Shown here in pieces: positions 53,885 through 64,000 of a stretch of 64,000 nucleotides of DNA. Each line of letters begins with the position of its first letter. The stretch's first letter is position 1. The DNA is from an uncultured Legionellales bacterium (GTDB taxonomy: Bacteria > Pseudomonadota > Gammaproteobacteria > Eutrophobiales > Eutrophobiaceae): assembly GCA_913046215.1 (NCBI GenBank), contig CAJWRJ010000004.1:2898-66897 (forward strand). Reading direction: 5' to 3'. The notes below the pieces were generated by a model that ran no database searches, was not told where the DNA came from, and worked only from the letters and a program-made list of their open reading frames with translations. The translations under genes were made by a program, and so were the position numbers.

Positions 53885-54535
53885 TTAGTTTTTTTCATTG
53901 CTTCTTTTACTACGATCGTTCCATTCGCAATCATCATAAATTATGCATATTTCGCATTTTGGGTTACGAGCGGTACATGTATATCTTCCATGAAGAATAA
54001 GCAAATGATGAGCATCCTTTTTGAACTCATCTGGCACATGTCTTAAGAGTTTATTTTCAACTTCAATCACATTACGCCCAGTTGCAATACCAGTTCTATT
54101 TGATACTCGAAAAATATGCGTGTCTACAGCAATTGTTGGCTCGCCAAATACTGTATTTAATATAACATTTGCAGTTTTTCTTCCAACTCCTGACAAATTT
54201 TCTAGTGATTCTCTGGTATTCGGTACTTTTCCATTATGTTTTTCAACAAGTGTTTTACAAGTATCTATAATATTTTTTGCTTTATTATTATATAAGCCAA
54301 TTGTTTTAATATGTTTTTTTAGATTATTAAGCCCCAAAGATATTATATCCTCAGGTGTGTTGGCTACAGCAAAGAGTCTTTTTGTTGCTTTATTCACACT
54401 TATATCGGTTGCTTGTGCTGACAATATTACTGATATTAATAATTCAAATGGAGTTTTATATATTAGCTCCGTTGTTGGCGAGGGAGTTTTTTCTTTTAAG
54501 ACATAAAAAATATGTGAACGTTTTAGTTTATTCAA
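53885..54535 (-). CDS. nth: Endonuclease III
   Basis: LSAQATD, HhH motif GVGRKTAN, VDTH, C-terminal Fe-S Cys motif. Confidence 0.96.
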   Translation of the reverse strand: MNKLKRSHIFYVLKEKTPSPTTELIYKTPFELLISVILSAQATDISVNKATKRLFAVANTPEDIISLGLNNLKKHIKTIGLYNNKAKNIIDTCKTLVEKHNGKVPNTRESLENLSGVGRKTANVILNTVFGEPTIAVDTHIFRVSNRTGIATGRNVIEVENKLLRHVPDEFKKDAHHLLILHGRYTCTARNPKCEICIIYDDCEWNDRSKRSNEKN

Positions 54536-54572
54536 GATAAACAGCCAGGTTTATTTAAATATTGCTCAAAAG

Positions 54573-55157
54573 CTAAATTATTTTATCAGTATCAATCTTT
54601 TTTAAAAGATCCTGCATGTAATCAAAACGGTGTATTGCATTATTCATTTCGAGTATTTCCTGTTTTGCAAACAAATCAAATGGAAGTAGCTCTGCTAATC
54701 TTTCGCTTACCCAATTAGCCTCATCATATCTTGTCGATGTATTAGCTATTGGTAGCTTATATCGTGTAACAATTTCTTTTAATAGATCGGAAAAATTCTG
54801 ATACGAGTCGGGTATTTGCGCTTCATCATCACTTAACCAATCTACATCTCCTATGCATAACTTGTCTTTAGCTCTTGAATAAGAATTTACTCTGAAACGT
54901 TTTTCCCCTTTAACCACAATACCTAATAAACCATCATCCATTCTATCCCAATTAATAATTTTTGCGTACGAGCCCATGAGAAAAAAATCAATCGAATTTT
55001 CACTTGACACTTCTTCTTGGAGCAAACAAATACCAAATCCTGAATCATTCTTGAGGCAGTTACTTACCATATCTAAATATCTGGGTTCAAAAATTCTCAG
55101 TTTTATTTCACCCTCAGGAAATAAAACTACATTCAATGGAAAAAGAGGAATTTTCAT
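54573..55157 (-). CDS. LON peptidase substrate-binding domain protein
   Basis: IPLFPL-VLFP and LRIFEPRYLDMV. Confidence 0.88.
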   Translation of the reverse strand: MKIPLFPLNVVLFPEGEIKLRIFEPRYLDMVSNCLKNDSGFGICLLQEEVSSENSIDFFLMGSYAKIINWDRMDDGLLGIVVKGEKRFRVNSYSRAKDKLCIGDVDWLSDDEAQIPDSYQNFSDLLKEIVTRYKLPIANTSTRYDEANWVSERLAELLPFDLFAKQEILEMNNAIHRFDYMQDLLKKIDTDKII

Positions 55158-55159
55158 GT

Positions 55160-56512
55160 TTAATTTAATCTCTCTGCTATTTTTTTATGTATGCCGCCAA
55201 AAGCACCATTACTCATTATAATAATCTGGTCATTAGTTCGAATATTACTACAAACATGTTCCGCTATCTTATCTACATCTTTAAATATTTGACAGCGATC
55301 ACCAAGTTGACTTACATGCTCTTTAATATTCCAATTTAAATCATTAGGTTGAAAAAAATACACCAAATCTGCGTCCAAAAAAGCGTCTGATAATACTTCA
55401 GAGTGAACACCCATACGCATAGTGTTAGAACGAGGTTCCATAATAGCAATGATTCGACCCTCATCTAAAGTGCTACTTAAAGCTTGTATGCTTTTTCGAA
55501 TTGCAGTTGGATGATGGGCGAAATCATCAAAAATACGAATACCATCGACTTCAAAAATACATTCGAGCCGCCTTTTAACTGATTTAAATTTCGATAGTGC
55601 TTCGCATGCACTATCAACAGAAATACCAATATTATTTGCTGCAACGATTGCTGCTAAAGCATTCATGGCGTTATGCTCGCCGATAGTCTGCCATTCTACG
55701 AAACCTGTCTCTTTTTTAGGACTTTTAACAGAAAAATTACGAAAATCTTTGCTTGCATCAAATATAGACCAATCACCGTTAGTCACTGAAAATGTCTCTA
55801 ATCGAGCCCAGCAGCCCATCGAAATAACCTCGTCTATTTCCTTGTCTTCCAGAGGGAAAACAATTGTTGCATTTTCGGGGAGCATCCTTACCAAATTGTG
55901 AAATTGGGCTCTGATAGCAGCAAGATCGTGAAAGATATCAGCATGATCGTACTCGATATTATTTATTATTAGCACATCTGGATGATAGTGAATGAATTTG
56001 GAGCGTTTGTCGAAGAACGCCGTATCATACTCATCGGCTTCAATAACGAAATACTTCGAATCGGTATAACGAGCTGATCTATCGAAATTTTCCGCAACTC
56101 CACCGATTAAAAATGATGGATTGAGCCCCGTATACTCTAAAATCCAACTTAGCATGCTTGTTGTGGTTGTCTTTCCATGAGTACCAGAAACTGCGAGAAC
56201 ATGTCTATCATGTAAAACCTGTCTGTATAGCCACTCGGGGCCTGACATATAGTGCATTTTTTGATTTAACATATATTCAATTGCTGGATTTCCTCTTGAA
56301 AGAGTATTACCTACAAGAACTATGTCAGGATTTGAGCTTAGGTGCTCTGAGTCATATCCGCTCATAACATCAATATTGAGCTTAACAAGCTCTTCACTCA
56401 TTGGAGGGTATACGTTCTGATCAGAACCTGTGACTTTATGTCCGAGTTGTTTTGCAATCTGAGCAAGCCCACCCATAAAAGTGCCACAAATACCGAGAAT
56501 ATGTATATGCAT
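55160..56512 (-). CDS. mpl: Murein peptide ligase
   Basis: HIHILGICGTFMGG, GTHGKTTT, EADEYDTAFFDK, DDFAHHPTAI. Confidence 0.97.
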   Translation of the reverse strand: MHIHILGICGTFMGGLAQIAKQLGHKVTGSDQNVYPPMSEELVKLNIDVMSGYDSEHLSSNPDIVLVGNTLSRGNPAIEYMLNQKMHYMSGPEWLYRQVLHDRHVLAVSGTHGKTTTTSMLSWILEYTGLNPSFLIGGVAENFDRSARYTDSKYFVIEADEYDTAFFDKRSKFIHYHPDVLIINNIEYDHADIFHDLAAIRAQFHNLVRMLPENATIVFPLEDKEIDEVISMGCWARLETFSVTNGDWSIFDASKDFRNFSVKSPKKETGFVEWQTIGEHNAMNALAAIVAANNIGISVDSACEALSKFKSVKRRLECIFEVDGIRIFDDFAHHPTAIRKSIQALSSTLDEGRIIAIMEPRSNTMRMGVHSEVLSDAFLDADLVYFFQPNDLNWNIKEHVSQLGDRCQIFKDVDKIAEHVCSNIRTNDQIIIMSNGAFGGIHKKIAERLN

Positions 56513-56556
56513 TAGACAAAACTCATCATTATTTAAAATATACGAATCATATTGAT

Positions 56557-57705
56557 TTATAAACGATCACGAAAAGAATTATAATCATAATTCTTCAATA
56601 ATTTAAAATTATTATTTTCAAGCAAATAAACGGAAGGTAGATTAATACCATTAAACATATTTGCTTTTACCTGCATGTAAGCACCAACATTTTCAAAGAT
56701 TATATGGCTACCTATTGAAAGAGGTTCTACAAAATAGTACTCACCAAATAAATCTCCGCTTAAGCAGCTGCAGCCAACAAGGTGATATTTATGGTTTGAC
56801 CTATCATGAGAATTCATAACTTTTGGTTGGTATTGATATTCAAAAACTTCGGGTAAGTGATTTACAGAAGTATCTAATACGGCAATATTCTCATCTTCAT
56901 ATTGAAATAGATCAATAACACTCGCAATTAGATAGCCAGCATTTCCCGTGATGGCTTTTCCTGGCTCCAAATACACATCAATCTCATAATTTTTCCGAAG
57001 CCATCTAATCGTATCTTTTAATGGTGATATATTTTGACTGCTGTTTACTAAATAGCCACCACCCAAATTTAACCACTTAAGATCAATTTTGTATTTATTT
57101 AATACTGACATTACTCGGTGAACGGTCTGTTTCATTTCATCAAAATTAATTGATTCACAATTATTATGAATATGTATTCCATCGATTATGGACCAATTAA
57201 TATTACTGGTTTCAATTTCTTTTTCAAAATTTACTAGCGGGATACCTAGCTTTGAAAATGCACGACACGGATCAAATCTTTCATCCGAAACAAAAGATAA
57301 CTGTGGGTTTATCCTAATCCCACAACTAGAAGGCGGTTCAATGATTGTTGAAAATTCCATAAACTGTCTTAAAGAATTCAATGAAACAAAGTCTGTATAT
57401 TTAAGAATTTTTGCAAATTCATCCTTATTGAAGCCAGGAGTTGTTATATGAGTTACTTGACTATAATCGAGCACCTCTTTAGCAAGCTGTAACTCGAATA
57501 ATGAGCTACATGAGAAACCATCAACATATGGTTTAATTAGCTCCAACAGCCCAATATTATTAGATGATTTAATCGAATATAAAAACAAAAAATTAATATC
57601 TTTTTTAATGTTATTTATACTATTTAGAATATTTACAATACTTTTGGCGTCATAGACATATGCGGGTGTTTTTGAAGAAAAATTATGGAAAATCGAATTT
57701 TTCAT
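56557..57705 (-). CDS. nspC: Carboxynorspermidine decarboxylase-like PLP enzyme
   Basis: TPAYVYD, RINP, DPC-SKLG, HNNCE, NLGGG, EPG, SCLSGD, FNGINLP. Confidence 0.8.
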   Translation of the reverse strand: MKNSIFHNFSSKTPAYVYDAKSIVNILNSINNIKKDINFLFLYSIKSSNNIGLLELIKPYVDGFSCSSLFELQLAKEVLDYSQVTHITTPGFNKDEFAKILKYTDFVSLNSLRQFMEFSTIIEPPSSCGIRINPQLSFVSDERFDPCRAFSKLGIPLVNFEKEIETSNINWSIIDGIHIHNNCESINFDEMKQTVHRVMSVLNKYKIDLKWLNLGGGYLVNSSQNISPLKDTIRWLRKNYEIDVYLEPGKAITGNAGYLIASVIDLFQYEDENIAVLDTSVNHLPEVFEYQYQPKVMNSHDRSNHKYHLVGCSCLSGDLFGEYYFVEPLSIGSHIIFENVGAYMQVKANMFNGINLPSVYLLENNNFKLLKNYDYNSFRDRL

Positions 57706-57750
57706 GCTATTGTTATCTCCAGCAAATAATAAGCTATTAAGAGGAATACC

Positions 57751-58119
57751 ATGAGATTTAAAATTAAATACATTTTCGCTCCTTTATTGTTTTTGTTCAG
57801 CCTTCATGTCTATGCTGAGTACAAGACCACAGATTTTACTCAAGAAGAATACCAAATGGTAATTAAGACGTCAGGAGAATACACAAACTGCCTAAATGAA
57901 ACAGCTATTTCTCAAGTTGAATCTCAAAGTGATGTCAGAATAATCGCTGACTATGCCATGAAACAATGTGCATCAATCCTCGAAATGCTATACCAAGAAC
58001 TAGTTTCTGCTAACTACGATCCTAAGGCAGTTAGAAGATTAGTCGGAAGTACTAGCAATAGGGCTTCAAATAAGTTGCTTTCTAATTTAATGCGATACAG
58101 GGCCTCGCCAAATCAGTAA
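57751..58119 (+). CDS. Hypothetical exported protein
   Basis: GAGG SD, signal peptide ending VYA, two Cys. Confidence 0.65.
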   Translation: MRFKIKYIFAPLLFLFSLHVYAEYKTTDFTQEEYQMVIKTSGEYTNCLNETAISQVESQSDVRIIADYAMKQCASILEMLYQELVSANYDPKAVRRLVGSTSNRASNKLLSNLMRYRASPNQ

Positions 58120-58158
58120 ACACTTGTTCTTCTTTAAGAACTCTCGACATCAAAAAAA

Positions 58159-58629
58159 TTATATAAGATGTAGCTCTAATTGTTTCAATGCCTGTTCATA
58201 AACTTCACGTTTAAAAAAAATGATTTCGTCAACAGGCTGCCAAAAATCTACCCACTTCCACAAATCAAATTCAGGTTCAACTGTTGTAGTTAAATCAAGA
58301 TATTTTTCATCAACAATTAATTTTAGTAAGTACCAAATTTGTTTTTGCCCCACACACAGCGGTTCACTATCTTTTCGAATATACTTCTCTGGTAAGCGAT
58401 ATCTTAACCAATCAGTAGTTGCATATATAAGCTGAACATGCTCTGGTTCAAGACCGATTTCTTCTTTAAGCTCACGGTACATAGCCACTTTTGGTGATTC
58501 ATTCTTTTTTATTCCTCCTTGAGGAAATTGCCAAGCATCCGTACCTTGACGACGTGCCCAAAAAACCTGCCTATCATCATTTGTTAGAATGATGCCCACA
58601 TTGGCACGAAAACCCTCAGAATCAATCAT
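58159..58629 (-). CDS. rppH: RNA pyrophosphohydrolase
   Basis: GFRANVGI, WQFPQGG and RELKEEIG Nudix box, GQKQIW. Confidence 0.95.
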   Translation of the reverse strand: MIDSEGFRANVGIILTNDDRQVFWARRQGTDAWQFPQGGIKKNESPKVAMYRELKEEIGLEPEHVQLIYATTDWLRYRLPEKYIRKDSEPLCVGQKQIWYLLKLIVDEKYLDLTTTVEPEFDLWKWVDFWQPVDEIIFFKREVYEQALKQLELHLI

Positions 58630-58755
58630 TATCTGTTATACCAAATTATTATTTTTGACTATAACAATGCTACAACACAAATAACTTAAATGAAATATTT
58701 ACCTTGTTAAGAATAAATTTTAGACTAACCTATTCAATTTTTTAAACTTAAGTTT

Positions 58756-59409
58756 ATGAAACTTGCAATTTTTGACATTGATAACACTTTAATCGCTGGC
58801 GATAGTGATGTTCTTTGGGGCGAATTTCTGTGTGAACGGAACTATGTCGATCCTACATCTTATAAATCTGCACATAAAAAATATTATGAGGACTATTTAA
58901 ATGGTGTCCTCGATATCACGGATTTTCTTAGGTTTCAATTAAAAGTTCTCGGTGAAAATAATATGAATCTATTAATGGAATGGAGAAAGGATTTTTTTGA
59001 AGAAAAAATAAAACCAGTGATACTAAAAAAAGCCTACTTACTAATAGATGATCATCGTAAACAAGGTCACGAATTATTAATTATAACTGCGACAAATAGT
59101 TTTATTGTTGAGCCTATTGCAACTGAATTTAGAATAGATAATTTAATAGCATGTGAACCAGAATTAAATAATCAAGAATTTACTGGTAACTTTACTGGAA
59201 TTCCTTCTTATGCTGAAGGTAAAGTTGAACGTTTCTATGCTTGGTTAAAAAATACAGGTTATCAAGTTAAAGAAAGTTGGTTCTACAGTGACTCTCATAA
59301 TGATATTCCACTTATGAAAGAAGTAAATCATCCAGTTGCGGTTGATCCAGATCAGAATTTGAAAAATGAAGCTAAAAAAATGAACTGGCCTATTATTACT
59401 CTACGTTGA
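58756..59409 (+). CDS. HAD-IB hydrolase (possible histidinol-phosphate phosphatase)
   Basis: IFDIDNTL, ITAT, FYSDSHND; divergent from rppH. Confidence 0.85.
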   Translation: MKLAIFDIDNTLIAGDSDVLWGEFLCERNYVDPTSYKSAHKKYYEDYLNGVLDITDFLRFQLKVLGENNMNLLMEWRKDFFEEKIKPVILKKAYLLIDDHRKQGHELLIITATNSFIVEPIATEFRIDNLIACEPELNNQEFTGNFTGIPSYAEGKVERFYAWLKNTGYQVKESWFYSDSHNDIPLMKEVNHPVAVDPDQNLKNEAKKMNWPIITLR

Positions 59410-59414
59410 AAACG

Positions 59415-60419
59415 TTAATCAAGAATACTTGATAATGCTGCTTTTTCTTCCTCAAGCTCTTTTCGTGTAGCATCTATTTTTGACTGACCAAACTCATCAA
59501 ATTCTAAACCCTGAACTATATGATAATCACCGTCTTTGCAAGTAACCGGAAAAGAAAACACCAATCCTTCTGGGATTCCATAACTTCCATTACTTGGAAC
59601 TGCCATACTAACCCAGTCATTATCTGGAGTGCCTAATACCCAGTCATGCATATGCTCAACAGCGCCATGTGCTGCTGATGCAGCGCTGGAAGCACCACGC
59701 GCATCAATAATTTCAGCCCCTCGTTTCGCAACTCGAGGAATATATGTATTCTTATACCAATCAATATCAATATCATCTTTAACGCGCTGTCCAGAATCTG
59801 GCATACCTGAGATTTCAATGTTAGATATATCTGGATACTGTGTTGTTGAGTGATTGCCCCATATCGTCATCTTCTTAATATCTTTGACAGGAAACTTCGT
59901 TATCGCTGCTAGTTGTGCTAGTGCACGATTATGATCAAGTCGAGTCATCGCACTAAAATTACGTGAATTTAAATCGGGGGCACTAACCATAGCTGTATAA
60001 GCATTTGTGTTAGCTGGATTTCCAACAACCAAAACTTTTACATCGCGATTAGCATTTTCATTTAAACCCTTCCCTTGTAGCTTAAAAATACCACCATTGG
60101 CCTCTAATAAATCACTGCGCTCCATACCCGGTCCTCTGGGTTTTGCTCCGACTAATAACGCATAATTAACATCATTAAAGGCAGTATTAATATCATCTGT
60201 TAAGATGAAATCTTCAACTAAAGGAAAAGCGCAATCGTCAATTTCCATAACTACACCCTCTAATGCCTTCATAGCAGGCGTTATTTCAAGTAACTGAAAA
60301 ATAACTGGCTGATCTGGTCCAAGCATTTGTCCAGATGCTATTCGAAATAATAAAGAATAACTAATTTGACCGGCAGCACCTGTGACAGCAACACGAACAG
60401 GCGTATTCATATTGAACAA
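59415..60419 (-). CDS. mdh: Malate dehydrogenase
   Basis: [30 protein letters not shown]. Confidence 0.96.
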   Translation of the reverse strand: MFNMNTPVRVAVTGAAGQISYSLLFRIASGQMLGPDQPVIFQLLEITPAMKALEGVVMEIDDCAFPLVEDFILTDDINTAFNDVNYALLVGAKPRGPGMERSDLLEANGGIFKLQGKGLNENANRDVKVLVVGNPANTNAYTAMVSAPDLNSRNFSAMTRLDHNRALAQLAAITKFPVKDIKKMTIWGNHSTTQYPDISNIEISGMPDSGQRVKDDIDIDWYKNTYIPRVAKRGAEIIDARGASSAASAAHGAVEHMHDWVLGTPDNDWVSMAVPSNGSYGIPEGLVFSFPVTCKDGDYHIVQGLEFDEFGQSKIDATRKELEEEKAALSSILD

Positions 60420-60452
60420 TCTCCTTGATTATGGTTTTACTTTATTGATTGA

Positions 60453-61748
60453 TTAATTTCTTTTATCAATTGGAATGTAGTCCCGACTTTTCTCTCCTGT
60501 GTAGAGTTGTCTTGGGCGTCCAATCTTAAAATCTGGGTCTTCCATCATCTCCATCCATTGAGCTACCCATCCGGCAGACCTCGCTAAAGCAAACATTACT
60601 GTATACATAGACGTTGGAATCCCTAATGCTTTAAGAATAATACCTGAGTAAAAATCAACATTTGGGTATAGTTTTCTTTCCACAAAGTAATCGTCCTTTA
60701 ATGCGATCTCTTCGAGTTTCATCGCTATATCAAATAATGGCTGGTCAACTGTATCTATTTCATTCAAAAGATCATGACAAACCTGTCTAATAATGGTTGC
60801 CCGAGGATCGTAATTTTTATACACACGGTGACCAAAACCCATCAACCTAAATGGATCTGCTTTATCCTTAGCGCGCTCAATAAACTTAGGTATATTATCA
60901 GCCGTTTCAATCTCTGCTAACATTTTAAGCACAGCCTCATTTGCTCCGCCATGGGCACGACCCCAAAGTGTTACTATACCAGCTGCTATACATGCGAACG
61001 GGTTTGCTTCAGCGCTACCCGAAAGCCTTACTGTAGATGTTGACGCATTCTGTTCATGATCAGCATGTAAAATAAGCATCAAATTCAATGCTTTTACTGC
61101 AACAGGATTTGGTTCAAAATTTCGCATTGGAACAGAAAACATCATGTTCAAAAAATTTTCAACGTAACCTAAATCGTCTCGAGAATAGATGAATGGATGT
61201 CCGACAGAATGTTTGTAACAATGTGCGGCTAATATTGGCATTTTTGCAATAACACGAAGTGCTGTTAATTCACGATCTGCGGGATCATTAATATCCATTG
61301 CTTCGTGATAATATGAGGATAATGCTCCTGTCACTCCAATGAGTATTGACATAGGATGTGCATCATGAAGATAACCGGTATAGAAACGTTCTAGATGCTC
61401 ATGAACCATGTTTCGTTGATTAAGATTGTTACGAAATGTATCAAATTCAGATTTCGATGGAAGTTCACCATACAATAATAAATAGCATACTTCCAAATAA
61501 GAGCTATGTTTTGCTAATTGATCGATCGGATAGCCTCGATGTAACAGAATTCCTTTCTCCCCATCCAAATATGTAATTTTACTTCTACAGGAGGCCGTAG
61601 TCACAAAACCAGGGTCGAAGGTAAACATGCCTAATTCTTTATAAAGTATTTTAGTATCGATGACAGGTGCGCCATAAACACCCTTAATAACGGGACATTC
61701 GATTTTTTTTCCAGTTTTGTTATCGGTAATTGTGACTGTGTCAGCCAT
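60453..61748 (-). CDS. gltA: Citrate synthase
   Basis: [33 protein letters not shown]. Confidence 0.97.
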   Translation of the reverse strand: MADTVTITDNKTGKKIECPVIKGVYGAPVIDTKILYKELGMFTFDPGFVTTASCRSKITYLDGEKGILLHRGYPIDQLAKHSSYLEVCYLLLYGELPSKSEFDTFRNNLNQRNMVHEHLERFYTGYLHDAHPMSILIGVTGALSSYYHEAMDINDPADRELTALRVIAKMPILAAHCYKHSVGHPFIYSRDDLGYVENFLNMMFSVPMRNFEPNPVAVKALNLMLILHADHEQNASTSTVRLSGSAEANPFACIAAGIVTLWGRAHGGANEAVLKMLAEIETADNIPKFIERAKDKADPFRLMGFGHRVYKNYDPRATIIRQVCHDLLNEIDTVDQPLFDIAMKLEEIALKDDYFVERKLYPNVDFYSGIILKALGIPTSMYTVMFALARSAGWVAQWMEMMEDPDFKIGRPRQLYTGEKSRDYIPIDKRN

Positions 61749-61937
61749 TCATTTCTCTCCCTAGTTTTTTTAATTTATATTTTTAAAGATGCGCAATTAT
61801 TACAAATTAGAGGCACGGGATACAGAAAAAGCATACTTTTAAAGACTATTTTCTGGTGAACAGCGCTTCAATTAAGTGCCAAAAATAAGTAAAGAAGTGA
61901 TTGAAATCAACAAACGTTGCTTAAAAATCTTTATTAT

Positions 61938-61952
61938 TGTTGCGACGCAACA
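61938..61952. promoter_or_regulatory. Palindromic PhaR-type operator
   Basis: TGTTGCG-A-CGCAACA, containing TGC-N3-GCA, between the divergent gltA and phaR. Confidence 0.65.
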
Positions 61953-62046
61953 TATTGTAAATTAAAATGATGATTGTTTCTAGTCCCTATATATCTTAAA
62001 AGTATAAGGATTAAAAAAATACTACATTTAACGTTATTCCCTCAAT

Positions 62047-62391
62047 ATGGAGAAAAAAATGTCAAGGATTATTAAAAAATACCCTAATCGTCGTCTTTAT
62101 GATACTAAATTGAGTAAGTACATTACATTAGAAAGCGTAAAAAAATTAGTAGTCGAAAATGAAAAATTTATAATTGAGGATACTAAATCAAAAAAAAACC
62201 TAACAAAAAATATTTTACTCCAAATTATTAGCGAACAAGAGGAAAATACTAAGCCGCTTTTTAGTTCGGAATTATTATTCCATTTTATTCGTTTTTATGA
62301 TGATTTATCTAAAATAGATGCTGTTGATTACTTAAAAAAAAGTTTTGACATGCTTGAGGTTAAAAAAAATATTGAAAATAAAAAAATATAA
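62047..62391 (+). CDS. phaR: PHA synthesis repressor PhaR-like regulator (short form)
   Basis: IIKKYPNRRLYDT, YITL and ILLQIISEQE DNA-binding domain. Confidence 0.85.
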   Translation: MEKKMSRIIKKYPNRRLYDTKLSKYITLESVKKLVVENEKFIIEDTKSKKNLTKNILLQIISEQEENTKPLFSSELLFHFIRFYDDLSKIDAVDYLKKSFDMLEVKKNIENKKI

Positions 62392-62422
62392 AATTAATAA
62401 AGAAAATTAAGACTAAATATTT

Positions 62423-63937
62423 TTATTGATTATTTGTTAGGTCCGTTAGCCCTTCGTCGATATTTTGTGATTCCTTCATGGCGTCATTTCTAAGAGATTC
62501 AAGACGAGCTAGATAATCAGCATCAATATCACCAGTAACATATTTACCTGTAAAACAAGATGCATCGAATTCACTAATTAGTTTATTTCCTTTTTGTGCA
62601 GAAGAAATTAGATCATCAATATCTTGATAAACTAACCAATCAGCTCCTATTGTTATGGCAACTTCCTCAATATTTCGGTCATACGCAATTAGCTCGCTCA
62701 CAGACGGCATATCTATTCCATATACATTAGGATGCCTAACAGGTGGTGCAGCTGATGCGATATAAACTCGTTTTGCTCCAGCTTCTTTTGCCATTTGAAC
62801 TATTTCTTTTGATGTAGTCCCCCTAACAATTGAATCGTCTACTAACAATACATTTTTATTTTTAAACTCAAGGTTTATCGCATTCAATTTTTGACGAACA
62901 GATTTTTTTCGCACATTTTGACCTGGCATAATGAAAGTACGTGGTATATATCTATTTTTTACAAACCCTTCTCTATATGTAATACCCATTTCATTTGCTA
63001 AGGATAATGCTGCTGTTCGACTCGAATCTGGAATTGGTATAACAACATCTATGTCATGCGTTGGATAAAGTTTTAGAATTTTTCTAGCCAATGTTTCACC
63101 CATACGAAGTCTAGCCTTATAGACCGATATACCATCTATTATTGAGTCTGGTCTGGCAAGATATACATATTCAAAAATACAAGGGCTATACTTTATGTTA
63201 TCTGCGCATTGCCTTGTGAATATTTCTCCTTCAACTGAAATAAAAACTGCTTCACCTGGTTCAATGTCACGAATAAGCTGAAAATCAAGTGCGTCTACTG
63301 CAACACTCTCAGATGCTATAATAGATTCAGTACCAATATCAGTTTTTCGTTCTCCAAAAACGATTGGTCTTATGCCATTTGGATCGCGGAACCCCAAGAT
63401 ACCAATCCCAGTTATCATTGCTACAGCAGCATACCCTCCTTTACATCTTTGATGTAAGCGGCCAACCGCATCAAAGATATCATCAGGATTAAGTTTGCTG
63501 CGATGTTTCCCAATTTTATTAAGTTCGTGAGCTAAGATATTTAAAAGCACTTCTGAATCAGAATTTGTATTTAAATGGCGCAAATCATCTCGCATCAAAT
63601 CTTCTTTCAATGGCTCAGCATTAACTAAATTACCATTATGCGCTAGTGTGATTCCGTATGGAGAATTAACATAGAAAGGTTGTGCTTCGGCGGAAGATGA
63701 GCAGCCAGCTGTTGGATACCGAACGTGACCAATTCCCATGTTACCTTTTAGATTAAGCATGTGACGAGTTTTTAAGACATCTCTTACTAATCCATTATCT
63801 TTTCTAAGGTACAAGTTAGTATTCTCACACGTCATGATTCCAGCAGCATCTTGGCCGCGATGCTGCAAAACAGTCAAGCCATCATAAATAGCCTGATTTA
63901 CTGGGCTTTTTCCAACTATACCTATTATTCCGCACAT
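62423..63937 (-). CDS. purF: Amidophosphoribosyltransferase
   Basis: MCGI N-terminal nucleophile, [17 protein letters not shown]. Confidence 0.98.
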   Translation of the reverse strand: MCGIIGIVGKSPVNQAIYDGLTVLQHRGQDAAGIMTCENTNLYLRKDNGLVRDVLKTRHMLNLKGNMGIGHVRYPTAGCSSSAEAQPFYVNSPYGITLAHNGNLVNAEPLKEDLMRDDLRHLNTNSDSEVLLNILAHELNKIGKHRSKLNPDDIFDAVGRLHQRCKGGYAAVAMITGIGILGFRDPNGIRPIVFGERKTDIGTESIIASESVAVDALDFQLIRDIEPGEAVFISVEGEIFTRQCADNIKYSPCIFEYVYLARPDSIIDGISVYKARLRMGETLARKILKLYPTHDIDVVIPIPDSSRTAALSLANEMGITYREGFVKNRYIPRTFIMPGQNVRKKSVRQKLNAINLEFKNKNVLLVDDSIVRGTTSKEIVQMAKEAGAKRVYIASAAPPVRHPNVYGIDMPSVSELIAYDRNIEEVAITIGADWLVYQDIDDLISSAQKGNKLISEFDASCFTGKYVTGDIDADYLARLESLRNDAMKESQNIDEGLTDLTNNQ

Positions 63938-63958
63938 ACTGTAAATATAGAAAAATTA

Positions 63959-64000
63959 TTAATCACTTTTTGATGTATTTTCATATGAATGATATTTCGA
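63959..64000 (-). CDS. 3' end of an upstream gene, possibly cvpA
   Basis: An open frame SKYHSYENTSKSD* ends just before purF; identity is inferred from the usual cvpA-purF synteny only. Confidence 0.3.
   Translation of the reverse strand, partial: SKYHSYENTSKSD

Noticed and set aside
1-64000. Mobile elements, prophage, tRNA/rRNA and defence systems
   Set aside because: No transposase, integrase, phage, cas or restriction-modification motifs were recognised. The remaining short ORFs in the track overlap well-supported genes and look spurious.

Overview
AT-rich, tightly packed chromosomal segment, most likely from a streamlined (probably aquatic) gammaproteobacterium; the taxonomy is inferred from gene content and synteny only. 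Most of the window is housekeeping (dnaX-ffs, aceA, clpSA, ilvD, actP, a standalone fusA, lpdA, argG, recJ-prfB-lysS, alaC-hom-thrC, tldD, aroC, htpG, nth, mpl, rppH, mdh-gltA, purF). Three accessory elements stand out. (1) A minimal MNIO (DUF692) RiPP locus at 32.1-34.0 kb, with a secreted precursor carrying six EGKCG repeats, a DUF692 enzyme, a DUF2063 partner and a candidate ECF-type promoter. (2) A photo-oxidative stress island at 12.9-23.1 kb combining a putative furan/modified fatty acid pathway with an Fe-S (6-4) photolyase, an unlisted DUF2256 peptide, a BCP peroxiredoxin, AlkB and a lipocalin. (3) An orphan autotransporter-like gene. Features absent from the ORF track include dnaX, the SRP RNA, the DUF2256 peptide, the prfB +1 frameshift with an unusual UGA-A context, a PhaR-type operator, several palindromes/direct repeats and a pattern suggesting leaderless mRNAs. 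No CRISPR array, tRNA, rRNA or IS element was seen. All family assignments are by motif recognition, not database search.
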